Assembly: GCA_028286725.1 (NCBI GenBank)
Contig: JAQBQZ010000007.1
Coordinates: 7,262-71,261, forward strand
Direction: 5' to 3'
From: Candidatus Tayloriibacteriota bacterium
GTDB lineage: Bacteria; Patescibacteriota; Minisyncoccia; Phycocordibacterales; CAIRYW01
Length of the DNA: 64,000 nt
Every line of letters begins with the position of its first letter. Position 1 is the stretch's first letter. Position numbers and translations under genes: made by a program. This document shows positions 1-9,977 of the stretch, piece by piece. Below the pieces are notes generated by a model, which saw only the letters and a list, made by a program, of their open reading frames with translations, did not search any database and had not been told where the DNA came from.

Positions 1-1
1 T

Positions 2-190
2 GGATTTGATGTATTAAAGGATCATAGAAATAGATTGGATGCTGATGCTTTACACTGGATGGCTGGTTTTTGGTTTGAAGCGGCGAGTAAACCGATATGG
101 CCAGGTGGTCCAGAAAAACTTCGAAACATACAGCTGCGAGCTGGAATAACAGCGCTTAAACTTTCAAAAGAAATTGAAGAAAATAAATAA
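2..190 (+). CDS. 3' end of hypothetical protein (partial)
   Basis: Frame open from the window edge (GFDVLKDHRNRLDADALHWMAGFWF...EENK) to TAA at 188-190, 8 nt before the next ATG. Confidence 0.6.
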   Translation, partial: GFDVLKDHRNRLDADALHWMAGFWFEAASKPIWPGGPEKLRNIQLRAGITALKLSKEIEENK

Positions 191-198
191 TTCTATTC

Positions 199-546
199 AT
201 GAATGATGCAATCAACACTGTAGAAAAGTATTTCGAGCTATCAAATCAGGCTAATTTAGTGGAAATTGGTAAGATGTTTTCTGCAGATTCAATTTATAAT
301 TCCTCACGCACAGGTTTGCATCATGGAGCTCAACAGATCATGAAGATGATGACTAAATTTTATGCAGGATTTGATGAATTAAAATGGATTATAAACAGCA
401 TAAAAGAAACTCAATCTAATATTATTGAAGTAGATTTTACATTTAATGGACTAACCAAAGAAGGTTTAGCAGTAGTGAATACAGGTACAGAATATTTTGT
501 AGTACACGACGAGGTGCTTAAAAGTGTTGAGGTGAAAAGCAGATAG
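199..546 (+). CDS. NTF2/SnoaL-like domain protein
   Basis: 115 aa with SnoaL pattern (VEKYF...N..N...I..MFS.DSIY; G...I..M...F). Confidence 0.7.
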   Translation: MNDAINTVEKYFELSNQANLVEIGKMFSADSIYNSSRTGLHHGAQQIMKMMTKFYAGFDELKWIINSIKETQSNIIEVDFTFNGLTKEGLAVVNTGTEYFVVHDEVLKSVEVKSR

Positions 547-548
547 TT

Positions 549-1406
549 TTATTGTCCACTCTGAACTCTGATCCATTCCGTAAGATATTCAATCCCTTTT
601 CCTAGTGCATTACCGATTACATCAAAAAGATCTCGGAGCGGTGCTACATGTTCATATCCAAACCAGGCAATGTAGACAATAAGTACGAGCCAAGCCATGC
701 CAATGATACTTTGGGTTAATTCATAGAAAGCAGATTTGTTTTGATTCATGTGCCATCGTTTTTGCCACTGCCGTCGCTCTTGCTTCATTTGTTTTTTCCA
801 ATGCTTTGATTGGTCACTGTTTTTGAAATGTTCATATCCTGTACGAGCACGCTGCATCAAGTCTTGAGCAGTAGTACGAATAGCACCCCATGCTTCTTCT
901 TTTTCTTCGGGAGTGTCAGCTTTTGGTACGAGCATCCACATCACAAAGTAGACTGCGATCCATGCGCCATGAGTAAGTACTGTAAGAGCAATAAAAACAA
1001 TTCGTACAAGTGTCACATCGATTTCAAAATATGCGGCAAGGCCACTGCATACTCCAAAGATCACGCCAGAGTCGGGAAGAAGATAAAGCTTCTTGTGTCG
1101 TTTTGACTCAGTACTATCTTCTGATTTTTTGTTAGAAGTTGCATCACTTGCCTCCGCTTCTACTGGCCCCATGTCTTTGATGATCTTTTCGATCTCTGAG
1201 GTCAAAATGACATTTTTTGTAGAGCTCAAATATGCATCGCATTTTTCTGCGATCGCGATATTGAAGTCTTTAATAATTTCTTCTTTGTCGGGATTACTTT
1301 CAAGTTTTATTGAAGCATTGTCGAGATAGACTTTAAGAAGATTGTATCCAGATTCTTCGACTGAATATGATCTGCCTCCGAGATTGATTGTGATTACTTT
1401 GTTCAT
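549..1406 (-). CDS. PspC domain membrane protein
   Basis: MNKVITINLGG N-terminus; PspC motif KKLY...GVIFGVCSGLAAYFEID.TLVR; downstream of PadR gene. Confidence 0.85.
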   Translation of the reverse strand: MNKVITINLGGRSYSVEESGYNLLKVYLDNASIKLESNPDKEEIIKDFNIAIAEKCDAYLSSTKNVILTSEIEKIIKDMGPVEAEASDATSNKKSEDSTESKRHKKLYLLPDSGVIFGVCSGLAAYFEIDVTLVRIVFIALTVLTHGAWIAVYFVMWMLVPKADTPEEKEEAWGAIRTTAQDLMQRARTGYEHFKNSDQSKHWKKQMKQERRQWQKRWHMNQNKSAFYELTQSIIGMAWLVLIVYIAWFGYEHVAPLRDLFDVIGNALGKGIEYLTEWIRVQSGQ

Positions 1407-1723
1407 ATGTTTTTGATTATAGTGTTAATTTTTTGCCAATACTCTTCTGTTTCTTTTAATTCCGCTTTTCCTTTTTTGGTGAGACTGTAGTATTTGCGAG
1501 GCGGACCCACTTCAGATTCTTTCCATTCGTAGTCCAGAAATCCATCACGGCGCATACGACTGAGGAGGGGATAGAGTGTTCCTTCTTGGGTGGCGAAGTC
1601 CGTTTGATTGATCTCTTTTAAGATATCAGCTACATAAAGTGCACGAGCATCGATCATCTTCAAAAGAATGAACTCGAGGAGTCCTTTTCGTATTGCACCA
1701 AATTTTTCGTTGTTGTGATCCAT
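1403..1723 (-). CDS. PadR family transcriptional regulator
   Basis: RKGLLEF..L, EGTLYPLLSR, GPPRKYYSLT motifs; start placed at ATG 1723. Confidence 0.9.
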   Translation of the reverse strand: MDHNNEKFGAIRKGLLEFILLKMIDARALYVADILKEINQTDFATQEGTLYPLLSRMRRDGFLDYEWKESEVGPPRKYYSLTKKGKAELKETEEYWQKINTIIKNI

Positions 1724-1741
1724 ATTGTTTAAATCTTTAGG

Positions 1742-1761
1742 TACCTTGTTGTATAAAGGTA
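1742..1761. promoter_or_regulatory. Candidate PadR operator (inverted repeat TACCTT-N8-AAGGTA)
   Basis: Palindrome just upstream of the padR start; autoregulation is inferred. Confidence 0.45.
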
Positions 1762-1821
1762 TCATATCGTAAAATGGTGTGAAGTGTCAAGAGTTAAATT
1801 TTTTTTGAGAATATATTTTAA

Positions 1822-1847
1822 TGTCATAACTACTCAGAAAAACCGTC
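1822..1847 (+). promoter_or_regulatory. Candidate ECF-type promoter TGTCAT-N16-CGTC
   Basis: Same motif and spacing recur at 6803, 8043 and 24396, with variants elsewhere. Confidence 0.55.
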
Positions 1848-1916
1848 TTTACTTATAATGGTAGTCTTTAGTTAATTGGAGTAAAATGTACTCTCTACAG
1901 ATTCAATAATATAAAT

Positions 1917-3653
1917 ATGACAAAATTACTTAAATACTTAAAACCTTATACTTGGCCTATCATTTTTTTGCTTGTCCTTACAATAGGACAAGTGGTAGCG
2001 AATCTCTCCTTGCCTGACTATACAGCGCATATTATTAATGAAGGAATAGTTGGTGGGAATTCGAATGCGATCTATCACTACGGGCTCATCATGCTCCTTA
2101 TTGCACTTGGCGGAGGAATCCTTACTGTCGGTGCTGGATATTTCTCAGCACGAGTTGGTACTGGATTTGCCAAGGATATTCGTGATGGAGTGTTTGAAAA
2201 AATCGAAGGATTCTCTCTTGTTGAATTTAATAAATTTTCTACAGCATCTCTCATCACTCGAAGTACGAATGACATCCAGCAGATTCAAATGGTAGTTATC
2301 ATGCTTCTTCGTCTTGCACTCATGGCTCCTTTTATGGGAGTCATTGCTATTATAAAAGCATACGGCATCGCGCCTTCAATGACTTGGATCATGGCTGTGG
2401 CGGTAGTTACGCTCATTGTCATTATTGCCATCATATTTAGTATTGCACTTCCTCGATTTAAAAAGCTTCAGAAATTGGTGGATAGATTGAACCTTGTAAC
2501 TCGAGAAATCCTCACGGGGCTACGAGTGATCCGCGCATATGGCAAAGAAAAATATGAAGAGAATAAATTCAGAGATTCAAACAAGGAATTGACCGATGTG
2601 AATCTTTTTGTAAACAGACTTATGACGATCTTGCAGCCTGTGATGATGCTCATTATGAGTATTACATCGATTGCGATCGTATGGCTCGGCGCACATCAGA
2701 TCGATATGGGTAATATTCAGATCGGAGATATGCTCGCATTTATGCAGTATGCAATGCAGGCTATATTTGCATTCCTTATGATCTCAATCATTTTTATTAT
2801 GGTGCCTCGTGCCGCTGTATCTGCTGAGCGAATTGCTGAAGTGCTCGAATCAGAGCAGGTGATCCGTGATCCAAAAGATCCTGTCAAAGTTTCAAGACTT
2901 GGTGGTAGAGTTGAATTCAAAAATGTTTCCTTTTCATATGCGGGAGCTGAAGAGCCTGTTCTTCATGATATCTCTTTTGCTGCGGTGCCTGGGGAAACGA
3001 CTGCGATAGTTGGAAGTACTGGAAGCGGCAAATCAACAGTGATTAATCTTATCCCTCGATTTTATGATGTGACAGAAGGAGAGATTCTTGTTGATGGCAC
3101 GGACGTTCGAAAGATGACTCAGAATGATCTACGTAGCCGTATTGGCTATGTATCGCAAAAGGCACTCTTGTTTTCAGGTACAGTAAAAGAAAATATTACC
3201 TATGGAAGCCATGATGCGACGGATAGTGATGTAGAACATGCAGCTCTTGTGGCTCAAGCATCTGATTTTGTGGAAGGTCTAGATGGCAAATTAGAAAGCC
3301 ATATCGCTCAAGCCGGAGCGAATATTTCAGGTGGACAGAAGCAGCGACTTGCTATTGCTCGCGCGCTCGCAAAGAAACCCGAAATTTATATTTTTGATGA
3401 TAGTTTTTCTGCGCTTGATTTCAAGACTGATGCGGCACTTCGAATGGCTCTCGAGTCAGAAACAAAAGGCAAGACTGTGATCATTGTTGCGCAGCGAATT
3501 AGTACTATTATAAATGCAGAAAAGATCATTGTGCTTGAGTCTGGAAAGATCGTGGGAATTGGTACTCATGCAGAGTTGATGAAGAGTTCTCCTGTGTATC
3601 AAGAGATTGCATCGTCGCAGCTTTCTCAAAAGGAGCTTGCGGGAATAAAATAG
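1917..3653 (+). CDS. Heterodimeric ABC exporter subunit (TM287-like, degenerate NBD)
   Basis: TM domain + GSTGSGKS, ISGGQKQR, degenerate Walker B IFDDS and Q instead of H in the switch. Confidence 0.9.
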   Translation: MTKLLKYLKPYTWPIIFLLVLTIGQVVANLSLPDYTAHIINEGIVGGNSNAIYHYGLIMLLIALGGGILTVGAGYFSARVGTGFAKDIRDGVFEKIEGFSLVEFNKFSTASLITRSTNDIQQIQMVVIMLLRLALMAPFMGVIAIIKAYGIAPSMTWIMAVAVVTLIVIIAIIFSIALPRFKKLQKLVDRLNLVTREILTGLRVIRAYGKEKYEENKFRDSNKELTDVNLFVNRLMTILQPVMMLIMSITSIAIVWLGAHQIDMGNIQIGDMLAFMQYAMQAIFAFLMISIIFIMVPRAAVSAERIAEVLESEQVIRDPKDPVKVSRLGGRVEFKNVSFSYAGAEEPVLHDISFAAVPGETTAIVGSTGSGKSTVINLIPRFYDVTEGEILVDGTDVRKMTQNDLRSRIGYVSQKALLFSGTVKENITYGSHDATDSDVEHAALVAQASDFVEGLDGKLESHIAQAGANISGGQKQRLAIARALAKKPEIYIFDDSFSALDFKTDAALRMALESETKGKTVIIVAQRISTIINAEKIIVLESGKIVGIGTHAELMKSSPVYQEIASSQLSQKELAGIK

Positions 3654-3672
3654 AAATAACAAAACAAACATT

Positions 3673-5547
3673 ATGGATAAAGATAATACAAAAAAGAAAG
3701 ACAACTCAACACCGCCAGCGCAACATGGTTTTGGTCGTGGAGGACCTATGGCTGGAATGGGTATGCCAGTACAAAAGCCGAAGAACTTTAAGGCGACAAT
3801 GCTAACGCTACTTCGATATTTGAAACCTTTTCGGCTGTCGATCGTGACTGTTTTGATCTTTGCTATTTTGAGTACAATATTTACGATTGTCAGTCCAAAG
3901 ATGCTCGGCGATGTGACGAATGATGTTGTTCAAGGGTTTATGAGTAAACAAATGGGCGGACCTGGTATTGATTATGGAGCAATCTGGAGCATTATCGAAC
4001 TCCTTGTTGGGCTTTATATTTTGAGTGCAATCTTTAGTTATATTCAAGGATGGATCATGTCTGGCGTATCTCAGCAGGTGACATTTAATTTAAGAAAAAA
4101 TATTTCAGAAAAGATAAACACTCTTCCTTTAAGTTATTTTGACAGTCGAACTCATGGAGAAGTGCTGAGTCGCGTCACAAACGATGTGGATACGGTGAGC
4201 CAGACATTGAACCAAAGTTTGACTCAGATCGTGACCGCAGTGACATCGCTTGTGGGAATTCTCATCATGATGCTTACGATCAGCTGGCAGATGACTTTGC
4301 TTGCGATCATTGTATTGCCTATAAGTTTTGGGCTCATTGGACTTGTTGTTGGAAGATCTCAAAAATATTTTATGACTCAGCAGGAATCTTTGGGCAAAAT
4401 AAACGGACACGTTGAAGAAATGTTTTCGGGACATACCGTGATGAAAGCGTTTAATGGTGAAGAAAAATCAATCAATACTTTTAAAAATATTAATAGTGAG
4501 CTTTATGATAGCGCATGGAAGTCACAGTTTTTCTCAGGACTTTTGATGCCGATCATGACATTTGTTGGAAACTTGGGATATGTTGGTGTGGCGGTTTTGG
4601 GAGGATGGCTTGCGATACAAGGCAAAATAAAGATCGGAGACATTCAGGCATTTATTCAATATATGAATCAGTTTACTCAGCCGATCACTCAAACTGCAAA
4701 CATTGCTAATGTGTTGCAGTCGACAGCTGCCGCTGCTGAACGAGTGTTTGAATTTCTTGGAGAAGAAAATGAGATCAAAGAAATTACGAATCCAGTCGTA
4801 TTGAAAGAAGTGAAAGGGGGAGTAGAATTTGAAAATATTGTGTTTGGGTATTCTCCAGAGAAGACTATTATTCATGGATTTACTGCAAGCATTAAGCCGG
4901 GGCAAAAAGTGGCGCTGGTAGGGCCTACTGGAGCTGGAAAGACTACGATGGTGAATCTCTTGATGCGATTTTATGATGTAAACAGTGGAGCCATAAAGAT
5001 CGATGGAGTTGATATTAGAGATTTGAGACGGGAGGATCTTCGTGCCCTTTTTGGAATGGTACTTCAGGATAGCTGGCTTTTTACAGGTACGATCGAAGAA
5101 AATATTGCATATGCAAAAGTGAATGCGACTCATGATGATGTGGTTCATGCTGCAGAAGCGGCTCATGCTGATCACTTTATTCGTGCACTTCCTGGTGGAT
5201 ATGGAATGAAACTCAATGAAGAAGCGGATAATATTTCTCAAGGTGAAAAACAGCTTTTGACTATTGCTCGAGCGATGCTCGCTGATACACCGATGCTCAT
5301 ACTTGATGAAGCGACAAGTTCTGTTGATACTCGAACAGAAACCTTGATCCAAAAAGCGATGGAGAAACTCATGCATGGACGAACAAGTTTCGTTATTGCC
5401 CATAGGCTCTCTACGATCAAAAATGCCGATCTTATACTTGTGATGCGAGATGGAAATATTGTTGAGCAGGGTAATCACGAAGCGCTCCTATCGCAAAATG
5501 GCTTCTACGCATCGCTTTATAACAGTCAGTTTGCAAACGAGAATTAG
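3673..5547 (+). CDS. Heterodimeric ABC exporter subunit (TM288-like, consensus catalytic residues)
   Basis: TM domain + GPTGAGKT, ISQGEKQ, ILDEATS, IAHRLS. Confidence 0.9.
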   Translation: MDKDNTKKKDNSTPPAQHGFGRGGPMAGMGMPVQKPKNFKATMLTLLRYLKPFRLSIVTVLIFAILSTIFTIVSPKMLGDVTNDVVQGFMSKQMGGPGIDYGAIWSIIELLVGLYILSAIFSYIQGWIMSGVSQQVTFNLRKNISEKINTLPLSYFDSRTHGEVLSRVTNDVDTVSQTLNQSLTQIVTAVTSLVGILIMMLTISWQMTLLAIIVLPISFGLIGLVVGRSQKYFMTQQESLGKINGHVEEMFSGHTVMKAFNGEEKSINTFKNINSELYDSAWKSQFFSGLLMPIMTFVGNLGYVGVAVLGGWLAIQGKIKIGDIQAFIQYMNQFTQPITQTANIANVLQSTAAAAERVFEFLGEENEIKEITNPVVLKEVKGGVEFENIVFGYSPEKTIIHGFTASIKPGQKVALVGPTGAGKTTMVNLLMRFYDVNSGAIKIDGVDIRDLRREDLRALFGMVLQDSWLFTGTIEENIAYAKVNATHDDVVHAAEAAHADHFIRALPGGYGMKLNEEADNISQGEKQLLTIARAMLADTPMLILDEATSSVDTRTETLIQKAMEKLMHGRTSFVIAHRLSTIKNADLILVMRDGNIVEQGNHEALLSQNGFYASLYNSQFANEN

Positions 5548-5550
5548 ACG

Positions 5551-5901
5551 ATGAAAATTAAAAGTGATTTTAGTGCGCGAGTTCTTCGAATAGCTTTGTC
5601 TATCCCTTTTGGAAAAATAATGACCTATGGCATGATCGCGCGAGCTGCAGGAGGTGGCGGACAAGCATCAAGAAGTGTGACTTCAATACTTGGTAAAGCT
5701 TATTTGAAAGATGAAAAGAATATTCCTTTTCATCGCATTGTGTATGCTGGAGGCAAAGTATGGCTTGATGAAAAACACGGACAGTCTCGCAAGAAATTAT
5801 ATAAAAAAGAAGGAATCATTTTGAATGATAAAGGCAAGATAACCAATTTTGAAGATGTGTTGTACGAACTATATTTGCCAAAATATCACGAAGAGCGTTA
5901 A
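5551..5901 (+). CDS. MGMT-family / alkyltransferase-like (ATL) DNA-binding protein
   Basis: IPFGKIMTYG.IA; active-site motif is PFHRIV, with no catalytic Cys. Confidence 0.8.
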   Translation: MKIKSDFSARVLRIALSIPFGKIMTYGMIARAAGGGGQASRSVTSILGKAYLKDEKNIPFHRIVYAGGKVWLDEKHGQSRKKLYKKEGIILNDKGKITNFEDVLYELYLPKYHEER

Positions 5902-5922
5902 AAACAGAATTTAAATATAATT

Positions 5923-6213
5923 ATGAAATCTACAACTTGGAAAACAGTCAAAAAGTTTGAGGACATTCCAAACATCGGGCCTGCAATGGTCAAGGATTTT
6001 AAATTGCTCGGTCTCAACGATCCAATGGATTTAAAAGGCAAGGATCCGTATCAGCTTTATTTAAAGATTTGTAAGATCACAAAGTCTCGTCATGATCAGT
6101 GTGTCCTAGATACTTATATGGCAGCGGTAGATTTTATGAATGGAGCATCTCCAAAATTTTGGTGGAAATATACTCTACTTAGAAAGGAAAAATATCCTGA
6201 TTTAAGCAATTAG
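5923..6213 (+). CDS. Helix-hairpin-helix protein (Cdd1 / mitomycin-resistance-like)
   Basis: DIPNIGPAM..DF..LG, DPYQLY..IC, HDQCVLD, WWKYT. Confidence 0.75.
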   Translation: MKSTTWKTVKKFEDIPNIGPAMVKDFKLLGLNDPMDLKGKDPYQLYLKICKITKSRHDQCVLDTYMAAVDFMNGASPKFWWKYTLLRKEKYPDLSN

Positions 6214-6219
6214 AATTTG

Positions 6220-6759
6220 CTATTTCTCTTTACTTTCTTTTCTATCTTCTTTTTCCACTTCTTGCTCTGTTTTTTCGGATGTCCAACCAATCGCATTTGT
6301 AATGAGTTGGATCATCGTGGCCCCTCCTGATAGTGCGAGGATAAGAATGAGTATCCAAAGATCAGGGAAAAGAAAGTGAAAGAATGTAATAAAAGTGGCA
6401 GTCCAAATACTTGTACACCAGGGGCATCCGAGAAGATCATGAACGACTCGTCTTATACCATAGTTTGTTGCTGATTTTTGTATAATAATATTATTTTTTT
6501 TGACCTCGATACTTTTTATATCAACAAATAGATCTCGGAAGAATTGCATTGATTTGTCATAAACGAAGAATTCTGTAAGCCTGAGCGTTGCAAATAAAAG
6601 CAAGAAGAAATCAAAAACACTAATTCCACGCGGGAATCCTCTCTGATTTTTGAGATATACTATAAGCAAGGTTGCTGTCAAAATATAGGCAACAATAGAT
6701 GTCACAAAATTCATAAGATCTTGATTTTCTTTCCGGAATCGGATTTTTAAGTAGGTCAT
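6220..6759 (-). CDS. DUF1360-like membrane protein
   Basis: ATLRLT...YD...FFR and LLGCPWCTSIW motifs. Confidence 0.7.
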   Translation of the reverse strand: MTYLKIRFRKENQDLMNFVTSIVAYILTATLLIVYLKNQRGFPRGISVFDFFLLLFATLRLTEFFVYDKSMQFFRDLFVDIKSIEVKKNNIIIQKSATNYGIRRVVHDLLGCPWCTSIWTATFITFFHFLFPDLWILILILALSGGATMIQLITNAIGWTSEKTEQEVEKEDRKESKEK

Positions 6760-6768
6760 ATACTATAT

Positions 6769-6794
6769 GACGTGAGCTTAATTCAAAGCTTACA
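6769..6794 (-). promoter_or_regulatory. Candidate ECF-type promoter variant TGTAAG-N16-CGTC
   Basis: CGTC lies 9 nt before the ATG at 6759; same spacing as the other copies. Confidence 0.4.
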
Positions 6795-6802
6795 AATACT
6801 AT

Positions 6803-6828
6803 TGTCATAGGAATATAACGGATTCGTC
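6803..6828 (+). promoter_or_regulatory. Candidate ECF-type promoter TGTCAT-N16-CGTC
   Basis: 13 nt upstream of the rarA ATG. Confidence 0.55.
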
Positions 6829-6841
6829 ACCTTAATTACAT

Positions 6842-8035
6842 ATGAAATCGATAAATAACATAGAAGATAACTTACAAAAAAGCGATCCTTTGGCTGCCAA
6901 GCTTCGTCCTCGAAGCCTAAAGGCCTATATCGGACAATCACATCTTGTGGGCCAGGGTAAACCTCTTGCAGAAGCTATCGAAAAAAAACATATTTTTTCT
7001 TTTATCCTTTGGGGTCCACCCGGAGTTGGGAAGACAACACTTGCTAGGATTTATGCAGAAGCAGTAGATGCTAAATTCTACGAGCTTTCTGCGGTGTCAG
7101 CAGGCAAGGATGATATAAGAAAGATTGTCGAAGAGGGAAAAGGTGAACTCAATTTTGATCCAAGAAAAAAGATTTTGTTTTTGGATGAGATTCATAGATT
7201 CAACAAAGCGCAGCAGGATTTTCTTTTACCCTTTGTTGAGTCGGGTGTGCTTACTCTAATCGGAGCCACTACAGAAAATCCGAGCTTCGAAGTTATTTCT
7301 CCTCTTCTTTCGCGAACCCGCGTGTTTGTTCTGAATGAATTAACAAACGATGAAATGGAAGAAATCATTGATGGGGCAGTAAAATTCTCCAAGACAAAGA
7401 TCGATCAGAAATCAAAGCAATGGCTTGTCGCCATGGCAAACGGTGATGCAAGACAAGTGCTTTCTGTCATTGATGCAACATTAAGTTTGTATGGAAAGAT
7501 TACAGAAAATAATCTGAAAGAAGCAGTCCAATCCAAATTCCTTCGTTATGATAAAAAGGGAGAAGAGCATTACAATACTATTTCTGCATTCATTAAAAGC
7601 ATGAGGGCAAGCCAGCCTGATGCTGCGCTTTATTATTTGGCTCGAATGATTGACGCAGGAGAGGATCCAAAATTCATCGCAAGAAGAATGGTGATCTTTG
7701 CGAGCGAAGATATAGGATTGGCACAGTCAACGGCGCTCGTCGTGACAAATGAAGTATTTAGAGCTGTCGAAACAATCGGACTTCCTGAATGTGCTATTAA
7801 TCTTGCTCACGGAGTAACCTATCTATCTCTCGCAAAAAAGGATCGACGAAGTAATGATGCTTATTTTGAGGCACTTCAAGATGTCAAAAAATATGGCAAT
7901 CTGCCTGTGCCCATGATGATACGAAATGCGCCTACTAAACTTATGAAAGATCTTGGGTATCATAAAGGCTATGAAAAATATACAAAAGAAGATCTTTTGC
8001 CTTCTAAACTTAAGAATAGGAAATATCTAATCTAA
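6842..8035 (+). CDS. rarA: Replication-associated recombination protein A (RarA/MgsA AAA+ ATPase)
   Basis: [47 protein letters not shown]. Confidence 0.95.
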   Translation: MKSINNIEDNLQKSDPLAAKLRPRSLKAYIGQSHLVGQGKPLAEAIEKKHIFSFILWGPPGVGKTTLARIYAEAVDAKFYELSAVSAGKDDIRKIVEEGKGELNFDPRKKILFLDEIHRFNKAQQDFLLPFVESGVLTLIGATTENPSFEVISPLLSRTRVFVLNELTNDEMEEIIDGAVKFSKTKIDQKSKQWLVAMANGDARQVLSVIDATLSLYGKITENNLKEAVQSKFLRYDKKGEEHYNTISAFIKSMRASQPDAALYYLARMIDAGEDPKFIARRMVIFASEDIGLAQSTALVVTNEVFRAVETIGLPECAINLAHGVTYLSLAKKDRRSNDAYFEALQDVKKYGNLPVPMMIRNAPTKLMKDLGYHKGYEKYTKEDLLPSKLKNRKYLI

Positions 8036-8042
8036 GAGGGTT

Positions 8043-8068
8043 TGTCATAACCTGTGATGAAGCTCGTC
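8043..8068 (+). promoter_or_regulatory. Candidate ECF-type promoter TGTCAT-N16-CGTC
   Basis: Upstream of the DUF892 stress gene. Confidence 0.55.
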
Positions 8069-8112
8069 TCCAATCTTACAGTATAGAATTATTAGTTTTT
8101 TATTCAAATTTT

Positions 8113-8628
8113 ATGCCAAATACAAAATCAAAACAAAAAGATCTGTCAGCCCTACTTGTTACTAAACTATCTGTTCTTCTGGATATCGAGGAACAGCTTA
8201 TAAAGGCTCTGCCAAAGCTTGCTAAGGCGGCAACTGACAAAGAGCTGAAAGATGGATTCACAACACATCTTGATGAAACTAAAGGTCATGTCAAAAGGCT
8301 GGAGCGGGCATTCACACTTCTCAACACTAAGCCTGAAAGGGGGATGAAATCCGCTGGTATCAGAGGAATTATTGAAGATGGGGGATGGGTGATCAAAAAT
8401 GTAAAACCAAAAGAAGCACTCGATACGAATCTCATTGCTGCTGCATCTTATGCAGAACATTACGAAATGGCAGGATATATGGCAGCTTTGATCTGGGCTG
8501 AAGAATTAGGATTGTCTGAAGTGGCAGAACTTCTCGAAGCAAATCTTAAAGAAGAGGTTGCCGCGGATGAAAAGCTTGCAAAACTCGGTACAGAAAAGAT
8601 CAATGTAAAAAGTTTGAATATGGAATAA
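8113..8628 (+). CDS. Ferritin-like DUF892 (YciE/YciF) stress protein
   Basis: EEQLIKALPKLA, HL.ET..HV.RLE, EHYEMAGY, LKEEVAADEKL. Confidence 0.9.
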   Translation: MPNTKSKQKDLSALLVTKLSVLLDIEEQLIKALPKLAKAATDKELKDGFTTHLDETKGHVKRLERAFTLLNTKPERGMKSAGIRGIIEDGGWVIKNVKPKEALDTNLIAAASYAEHYEMAGYMAALIWAEELGLSEVAELLEANLKEEVAADEKLAKLGTEKINVKSLNME

Positions 8629-8680
8629 TAAGAAAATTAATAAATATCTCACCAATCTATGGCGGGGTGTTTATTAATTA

Positions 8681-9622
8681 TTACTTTTTTTGATAGGCTC
8701 TGACGTAGTCAATCTCTAAATATGCAGGCCAAATGTTTGTTGCGTCAGGGGTACCGGGCCAGCTACCTTCGCCGCCTACTGCAAGATTTACTAATATGTA
8801 AAACGGCTTATCTGCGTCCGCATTATGCGGACAATTTGCATATGGTTGTCCATCAAAATAATAAGTGATCGATTCTGGTTCCCAGTCAACGCCATAAGTA
8901 TGGAAGTCTGCTGTTACATCTGTACCGGTGTCGTGCCATGCTCCGCAGATACTGTTATTTGGATTAAAATGTGATGCATAATGGATCATTGCTTCACCAC
9001 CTTCTCCATTTACAGAATTTGTATCACCAAATGCTTCCATTGCATCGATCTCTGGCGGCCAGCTTGTATCAACAGGGAGGAGCCAGAATGCTGGCCAAAG
9101 GCCTTTTCCTTTTGGGAGTTTTGCTCTTATTTCAAAGTATCCATACTGCTGTGAAAAATAATGCTGCGTTGTGATCATTCCTGAAGTGTATTTGGCCCAC
9201 GGACCAATTCCAGACTGTATTACTGTGTCTGATGGTGTTGCTTCAATACGGAGTACTCCATCTGAAATTGAAAAAGGAAATTTGCTTGTGGTCGGTAGAT
9301 TGGGGGAAGTATGTTCATTAAAGTATTTTATAAATGTCCGGTCGATGTAAATCTGCGCTTCGTTATTCGATGCTGTAGTGCGTGTGCAGTTGTAATACAG
9401 GGTTTGCCAAACACCAGCCCCATCTGTACCACAAGTTTCGTCTCCATTTGGATCTAGGTATTGTTTGAAGGTGTCAAAATCATCGTTGAAAGTGAGCTGC
9501 ATTCCACTTATAAGTTGTTCTTGTGGTGTAAGTGGGATATCGTTTTTTGTTTCATTTGACATAAGTACTATAACAATAAGACAAACGATTGTTCCCAGGA
9601 TAGCTTTAGAGCTTAATTTCAT
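8681..9622 (-). CDS. Glycoside hydrolase family 16 (beta-glucanase), N-terminal anchor
   Basis: GLWPAFWLL...EIDAME catalytic motif, FHTYGVDW; start placed at MKLSSK (9622). Confidence 0.9.
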   Translation of the reverse strand: MKLSSKAILGTIVCLIVIVLMSNETKNDIPLTPQEQLISGMQLTFNDDFDTFKQYLDPNGDETCGTDGAGVWQTLYYNCTRTTASNNEAQIYIDRTFIKYFNEHTSPNLPTTSKFPFSISDGVLRIEATPSDTVIQSGIGPWAKYTSGMITTQHYFSQQYGYFEIRAKLPKGKGLWPAFWLLPVDTSWPPEIDAMEAFGDTNSVNGEGGEAMIHYASHFNPNNSICGAWHDTGTDVTADFHTYGVDWEPESITYYFDGQPYANCPHNADADKPFYILVNLAVGGEGSWPGTPDATNIWPAYLEIDYVRAYQKK

Positions 9623-9977
9623 AGTTAAAGAGTGATCGATTTCGAGAATCGTTTCGTCCATTTCGTCGTGGTGGAGCAGGTGTTGGTCTACGATTTTCGT
9701 GCTCATCAGTTGATGAAGAAATGTTTTGTTGTGCAGGAGGATTAAAATCTGTGTTTTGATTTTGTGCTGGAGATGCTGGCGGATTTTGTGGTATTACCGT
9801 TGGGGAAGTTGCGGGGGCTATAAAATGCCTAATCTTGGTTGTTGTGGTTTGAGGCGCGGTCTTTGTTTTAGGCTGAAGTGATGCTAGCCTATCGTATTCG
9901 ACATCTAGCATCCATCCAAATGCAACGCAAAGCAACAAAACAAAAATTGTATATTCTATTTTATATTTGTATTTCAT
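9606..9977 (-). CDS. Membrane-anchored Pro/Thr/Gln-rich hypothetical protein
   Basis: N-terminal TM segment, low-complexity tail; overlaps both neighbouring genes. Confidence 0.6.
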   Translation of the reverse strand: MKYKYKIEYTIFVLLLCVAFGWMLDVEYDRLASLQPKTKTAPQTTTTKIRHFIAPATSPTVIPQNPPASPAQNQNTDFNPPAQQNISSSTDEHENRRPTPAPPRRNGRNDSRNRSLFNYEIKL

